From positions 1 through 38,173 of IMG/VR virus record IMGVR_UViG_3300035544_000229: 38,173 nt of DNA, one strand, 5' to 3'. The number at the start of each line of letters is the position of its first letter. The first letter of the stretch is position 1. The position numbers were made by a program, and so were the translations under genes. Of the stretch, positions 34,289 through 38,173 are shown in pieces. This DNA comes from a virus (lineage: Duplodnaviria > Caudoviricetes). Under the pieces are notes generated by a model that did no database searches, had not been told where the DNA came from, and saw only the letters and a list, made by a program, of their open reading frames with translations.

Positions 34289-35485
34289 GTGGCAAGAGAT
34301 GAACGAGGCATTATCCAACAGATATTCGCCGACACCGGCGACGTGGCCGAACCGACGTTTGACTTCGCGGAGGGCTGGCCGGTGGCATACGCCCAGGCGG
34401 GCGGGCAAACCCCGGAGCGGGAGGTGTTCAACAGGCTGTTTCAGCGGCTCTACGCATTGGGTTACGACGCGACCCGCTTCGGCGGAGGGCTGCCGTGGGA
34501 CGCAACCATCGACTATGCCGTACCCGCTGTTGTTACCGATTCAGACGGCCTTTTGTATGTTGCTCTGGCCGAATCGGGGCCTGACGTGGGGGGGGGCGGA
34601 GCCAAAAAACCGGCAGATAATCCTACTTATTGGGCATCAGTTGGAAACAATTCGGAAGTCCCTCTCAGCATCGTAGACGGGATCGTTGATTGGGATTTGA
34701 AGACAGCGCCGGTGGCAACGGTCACCTTGACGGGCGACGCCACGTTGGCCGCTCCCTCCAATATGCGGGCGGGCGGGCGTTACCGTTTGCGCGTCAAACA
34801 AGATGCAACGGGTGAGCATGGACTCGACTTTGCTGCCGCATACATCCCGGCTCGCCTAGCCGGTGATATCCCCGCCATGGGGTCTACTGCGGGCGCGTAC
34901 CGGGTTTATGAGTTTGTCAGCACTGGCGCAGAGATGGTTTGCCTGACCGAATCCGCCCAGAGTGCGACAAACTACGTTGGCGATATCCGCCTCTGGCCTT
35001 TTGCCGGAGCCTCCTTGCCAGAAGGTTGGTATCTGACTAACGGCGACACTTATGCCGACGCCAGCGACCAGGGCATAGTGCTTCATGGTCTGTCCGCTGC
35101 CTACCAAGCGGCATGGGGCATTGAGAGTAGTGGTGGTTATATCAACGTGCCTGATCTGTTCGACTCAAACGGCAACGGGTACTTTCCACGCCCGGTTGAT
35201 GGCACAGCTCGGCAGGTGGGCAACATCCAGGGGGACGCAATCCGCAACATCACAGGGGAGGCGTCACATGCTGGTAGCGCCTTCGGCCAGTTGCAACGCT
35301 TTGACGTGCCTGCCGAGACGTCTGGAGCGCTCACTGCCGGGCAGGACACACCCTACGCATTGGCCGGGGCCACATCAGACTCCGGCAGCCGGTTGAGAAT
35401 TGATGTATCCCTCGTCGTCCCCACCGCCGAGGAAAACAGGCCCGTCAACATCGGCATGACGCCCGCAATCTATCTTGGAGTATAA
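34289..35485 (+). CDS. Tail fibre protein with collar domain
   Basis: GTG start with GGAGG SD; PEREVFN/WDATIDY N-terminus, VGDIRLW..PEGWYLTNG..VPDL collar, QGDAIRNITG, AEENRPVNI C-terminus. Confidence 0.9.
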   Translation: MARDERGIIQQIFADTGDVAEPTFDFAEGWPVAYAQAGGQTPEREVFNRLFQRLYALGYDATRFGGGLPWDATIDYAVPAVVTDSDGLLYVALAESGPDVGGGGAKKPADNPTYWASVGNNSEVPLSIVDGIVDWDLKTAPVATVTLTGDATLAAPSNMRAGGRYRLRVKQDATGEHGLDFAAAYIPARLAGDIPAMGSTAGAYRVYEFVSTGAEMVCLTESAQSATNYVGDIRLWPFAGASLPEGWYLTNGDTYADASDQGIVLHGLSAAYQAAWGIESSGGYINVPDLFDSNGNGYFPRPVDGTARQVGNIQGDAIRNITGEASHAGSAFGQLQRFDVPAETSGALTAGQDTPYALAGATSDSGSRLRIDVSLVVPTAEENRPVNIGMTPAIYLGV

Positions 35486-35486
35486 C

Positions 35487-36029
35487 ATGCAGAATCACTA
35501 TTTTGATGACTCGGGCTATTACACTCGCTCCGCTCCCGCCAACCCTGACTCCGCGCCCCCGCGCAACGCCCTGCGGACCGCACCGCCCGAGGCTGGTGAC
35601 AACCAATGGCCGTGCGTTGTCGATGGCGCTTGGGCGTTGGCCGAATCCTACAAAGGCAAAACGGCATACGACACCTCCACAGCGCGGCCCTTGGAGATTG
35701 AAAACCACGGCCCGTTGCCGGAAGGCCTGACTTTGCAGGAGCCCGGCAGCTATCCCGCATGGGACGCTGAGGCGGAAACTTGGACCACGGACAAGGACGC
35801 ACAATCTAAGGCGCTGGCCGAGAAAGTCCGCGCCGAGCGGGACAGGCGAATCGAGGCAATCATGTGGCGGGTACAACGTTATGAATCCGAGGTCCGCCAA
35901 GGTTGGACCGACACCACGGACGATATCAACGTCCTGGACACAGAACTTCAAGCGCTTCGCGACGTGCCGCAACAGGAAGGGTTCCCCGAAGCCGTTGTAT
36001 GGCCGGAATCTCCAGCCCTCCCTGAATAA
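35487..36029 (+). CDS. Tail fibre assembly chaperone
   Basis: ATG 35487; VRAERDRRI, QALRDVPQQEGFP..VVWP. Confidence 0.85.
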   Translation: MQNHYFDDSGYYTRSAPANPDSAPPRNALRTAPPEAGDNQWPCVVDGAWALAESYKGKTAYDTSTARPLEIENHGPLPEGLTLQEPGSYPAWDAEAETWTTDKDAQSKALAEKVRAERDRRIEAIMWRVQRYESEVRQGWTDTTDDINVLDTELQALRDVPQQEGFPEAVVWPESPALPE

Positions 36030-36035
36030 ACCATT

Positions 36036-36204
36036 CGTTCTTTGACAATCGAATAGGCTTCATGACGCTGCGCCCCTCCGGATTGCTCCGGAGGGGCGCT
36101 AAGAGGAACAGGCGGGGGCGTTGCACCGCCCCCACTGGCTTGGTGCTGCCACACCAAACCACGAGCCGAAACCCGCTGCTCCATTCCCCTGATCAGGGTG
36201 GAAG
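36036..36204 (+). ncRNA. Candidate structured RNA leader upstream of com
   Basis: boxA-like CGTTCTTTGACAAT, 13-bp hairpin 36070-36099, hairpins 36114-36133 and 36136-36161, palindrome CCCTGATCAGGG 36187-36198. Confidence 0.45.
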
Positions 36205-36245
36205 GTGCATAGCAATATTCGGCATAACCTGTAAAGAAAGGTACC

Positions 36246-36443
36246 ATGAAGGAGTTTCGTTGTCGGAAATGTCATCGGCTACTAGCAATGGAATGTGTCA
36301 ATGGGGAGCTAGAAATACAGTGCCCCCGCTGTAAGACAATGAATCGTTTGAGGGCCATGAGCCCCAACCCTGAAGGCCACAGAGCCTCCATGAAGGAGAA
36401 TCTCTGTGGCTCACAAACCTCATCATCCGCCTACCCCCGGTAA
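36246..36443 (+). CDS. com: Com-family zinc-finger translational regulator
   Basis: FRCRKCHRLLA...EIQCPRCKTMN; overlaps 5' end of mom as in Mu. Confidence 0.9.
   Translation: MKEFRCRKCHRLLAMECVNGELEIQCPRCKTMNRLRAMSPNPEGHRASMKENLCGSQTSSSAYPR
36376..36410 (+). promoter_or_regulatory. Translation-inhibition hairpin sequestering mom SD and GTG
   Basis: GCCACAGAG pairs with CTCTGTGGC (contains GTG 36406); CTCC pairs with GGAG SD. Confidence 0.75.
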
Positions 36444-37134
36444 CTTCAATTTACCGACAGGCGAAAACCCCGAATACCTCGAAGGCGAAAACGGCGTGGC
36501 CGGATTCGGAATGCGCGACTTTTACGTGGCCTGGATTCCTTCCAAACTATCGCGCGAGTTGGTCCTCAAGCACCATTATTCCCACCGCGTAGTGAACAAC
36601 AGCTATTGCCACCTGGGGGTTTGGTATAAGCAGAATCTGGCCGGAGTGCTGGTGTTCGGCTATGCACTCAACCCGAGGGCCATTGGCAAAACCGTGCCGG
36701 GAACAAATGTAACCGAGTACATGGAGCTGAACCGAATGTGGCTGGCCGACGTGGCCCCTCGGAACAGCGAAAGCCGGGCGATTTCCTACGCCTTCAAGTA
36801 CATCAAGCGAGCATGCCCTTCCGTCGCATGGATTCAGTCTTTTGCGGACGAACGGTGCGGGCGCTTGGGAGTGGTCTATCAGGCCGCCAACTTCCTATAT
36901 TGCGGCTATCACTGGACCGAATTCTACTTCCTGGACGGCGAGTATTATCACCCGATGCTACTCACGGCCCACAAAAAGAGCGGCCAGCGCGGCGAGACAC
37001 TGAGGGAGAACAAGGAACGGGCCATAGCCCTTCAATTTCGGCAGTTCCGATATGTGTACTTTCTGAAAAAGCACTGGCGCAAGCGGCTGGCGCTCGCTAC
37101 CCACCCCTACCCGAAACCTGAAACCCTAGATTGA
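36406..37134 (+). CDS. mom: Mom-family DNA adenine modification protein (GNAT fold)
   Basis: HHYSHR, ELNRMWL..PRNSESRAIS, IQSFADERCG..GVVYQAANF.YCG, QFRYVYFL; last gene after com. Confidence 0.9.
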   Translation: MAHKPHHPPTPGNFNLPTGENPEYLEGENGVAGFGMRDFYVAWIPSKLSRELVLKHHYSHRVVNNSYCHLGVWYKQNLAGVLVFGYALNPRAIGKTVPGTNVTEYMELNRMWLADVAPRNSESRAISYAFKYIKRACPSVAWIQSFADERCGRLGVVYQAANFLYCGYHWTEFYFLDGEYYHPMLLTAHKKSGQRGETLRENKERAIALQFRQFRYVYFLKKHWRKRLALATHPYPKPETLD

Positions 37135-37155
37135 CTCTAATCCAGCCCCCACGTA

Positions 37156-37205
37156 AAAGCGCGGCAAGTCGGATTCCCCTACGACTTGCCGCGCTTTCTG
37201 TTTTT
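37156..37205 (+). terminator. Rho-independent terminator after mom
   Basis: AAAGCGCGGCAAGTCG / CGACTTGCCGCGCTTT 16-bp stem then CTGTTTTT. Confidence 0.8.
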
Positions 37206-37285
37206 AAAACTTTTTCAAAATTTTGAACGTGTGATGAAAATTAATTATCGCACGTCTCGGCGCGAAAATTTCTTACCGGCTTACA
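37206..37285. mobile_element. Putative prophage right end (transposase-binding repeats + terminal CA)
   Basis: GAAAATTAATTATCG (37236-37250) and GAAAATTTCTTACCG (37264-37278), 12/15 identical; ends GGCTTACA; composition changes after. Confidence 0.65.
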
Positions 37286-37376
37286 CTTCGCGGGGGTGGC
37301 GGGTTGAGGGGGGGTAACTCTTTAGGGGATGCGTTGTAGTGGGTGATGGAGCACGGCAAGTGGCGTCCGCACAGCT

Positions 37377-37460
37377 CCCGCGAAGCGGCGCTAAAAAGTT
37401 TTGAAGGGGAGTCCAGAGGGGAAACTTTTTCAAAAGTTTCCCCTCTGGCCGCCGGAGGCA
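37377..37460. repeat. Host intergenic palindromic (REP-like) element
   Basis: CCAGAGGGGAAACTTTT / AAAAGTTTCCCCTCTGG inverted repeat (37413-37448) flanked by CCCGCGAAGCGGC and GCCGCCGGAGGC; resembles, from memory, repeats of Desulfovibrionaceae genomes. Confidence 0.6.
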
Positions 37461-37561
37461 TCCGTCATCCGGCATTCTTCCTCTCCGCGCTTTCCGGTTG
37501 AAGCATGGGGGTGGGGGTGGTAGGTTGTGATCGGCCGGGAAAACCATATGGGAGAGAGAAG

Positions 37562-38173
37562 ATGACCATCGAGAGTGGCATTGCATTGGCCTTGGCGACG
37601 CTGGTATTCGCGTGCATTCCGGGGCCGGGCATTTCGGCCGTGGTGGCGCAGTCACTGGCGCGCGGGTTCAAGGCCGGGGCCGGTTTCACCTGCGGGCTGG
37701 CGCTGGGCGACGTTTGTTATCTGCTGACCGCCCTGTTCGGCATGGGCTGGGTAGCCTCGCAGATCGGGCCGTATTTCGTTGTTTTGAAATGGGCGGGCGC
37801 GGCCTACCTGGTATACATGGGCGTGAAGTGCTGGCGGGCCAGGCCCGCCGTCGAGCAGGCCGGGTGCGCCCTGCCGGTCCGTCCGGGTCGCAGCTTCCTG
37901 GCCGGACTGTGCGTGACGCTGGGCAACCCCAAGGCCATTGCCTTCTACTGCGGATTTTTACCCGGCTTCGTGGACATGCGGGCCCTGACCGGCACGGACG
38001 TGGCCTTGGTCATGTCCATCATCGTCCCGATCATCGCCACGGTCCCGCTCATCTATGCCTGGCTGGCCGCGCGCGGTCGCCACGCCATCCGCTCGACCCG
38101 GCTGTGGAAGGCCATGAACCGCACGGCGGGCACGATCATGATCGGCGCGGGCGTGGCCATCGCTTCGGAGTAA
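37562..38173 (+). CDS. LysE/RhtB-family amino-acid exporter (host)
   Basis: ATG 37562 with GGAG SD; IPGPG, LKWAGAAYLVYMG, LGNPKAIAFY motifs. Confidence 0.93.
   Translation: MTIESGIALALATLVFACIPGPGISAVVAQSLARGFKAGAGFTCGLALGDVCYLLTALFGMGWVASQIGPYFVVLKWAGAAYLVYMGVKCWRARPAVEQAGCALPVRPGRSFLAGLCVTLGNPKAIAFYCGFLPGFVDMRALTGTDVALVMSIIVPIIATVPLIYAWLAARGRHAIRSTRLWKAMNRTAGTIMIGAGVAIASE

Larger units (their letters stand above)
1..37285. mobile_element. Transposable Mu-like prophage (B3/BcepMu-type divergent layout) with contractile tail; left end outside window
   Basis: DDE transposase + AAA ATPase, repressor, Mor-like activator, Mu gp27/gp28-like terminase, full head/tail module, com-mom at the right end, then AT-rich end repeats ending in ...GGCTTACA (CA at 37284-37285). 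Confidence 0.93.

Noticed and set aside
36049-36063. Third TTGAA-N4-TTCAA activator site (TCGAATAGGCTTCAT) before com
   Set aside because: Mismatches, 5-bp spacer and no -10 at the 37-bp offset
36070-36099. Intrinsic terminator after tail fibre chaperone
   Set aside because: Strong stem but no U-tract on either strand; kept only as part of the structured leader
36103-36182. tRNA gene
   Set aside because: Multi-stem but lacks a TTCRA T-loop, D-loop and 7-nt anticodon-loop geometry
34289-36245. Invertible G-segment or diversity-generating retroelement at the tail fibre
   Set aside because: No invertase, reverse transcriptase, second fibre cassette or template/variable repeat pair seen

Overview
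Positions 1 to ~37285 are most of a transposable (Mu-like, B3/BcepMu-type layout) prophage; its left end lies outside the window. It is followed by a short host segment with a palindromic intergenic repeat and a LysE-family exporter. The early operon runs leftward on the - strand: Ner-like and HTH regulators, DDE transposase, ExeA-type AAA ATPase, DUF3164, HD nucleotidase, a second CI-like HTH, a C5 DNA methyltransferase and small ORFs. An S24 repressor, an AT-richer secreted accessory protein and a Mor-family activator run rightward, followed by lysis, Mu gp27/gp28-type packaging genes, a non-Mu head and contractile-tail module (DUF1073/DUF2213/DUF2184/DUF3383/Gp138-like), tail fibre, and com-mom. 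Most notable: (1) a C5-MTase with seven tandem ~40-aa 'W..P.gtVt...G..sVADPR' modules in its target-recognition region; (2) the hybrid of Mu transposition/packaging with a non-Mu virion module; (3) two identically spaced TTGAA-N4-TTCAA activator-type late promoters apparently driving leaderless mRNAs; (4) a boxA-like motif plus a multi-hairpin leader before com and a visible Com-type translational switch over the mom start; (5) a 239-bp tandem duplication making an in-frame chaperone/tube chimera; (6) a -1 frameshift site in the tail chaperone; (7) a G9 tract in the tail fibre; (8) an apparent right end abutting a host repeat. Family assignments come from motif recognition and synteny, not from database searches.
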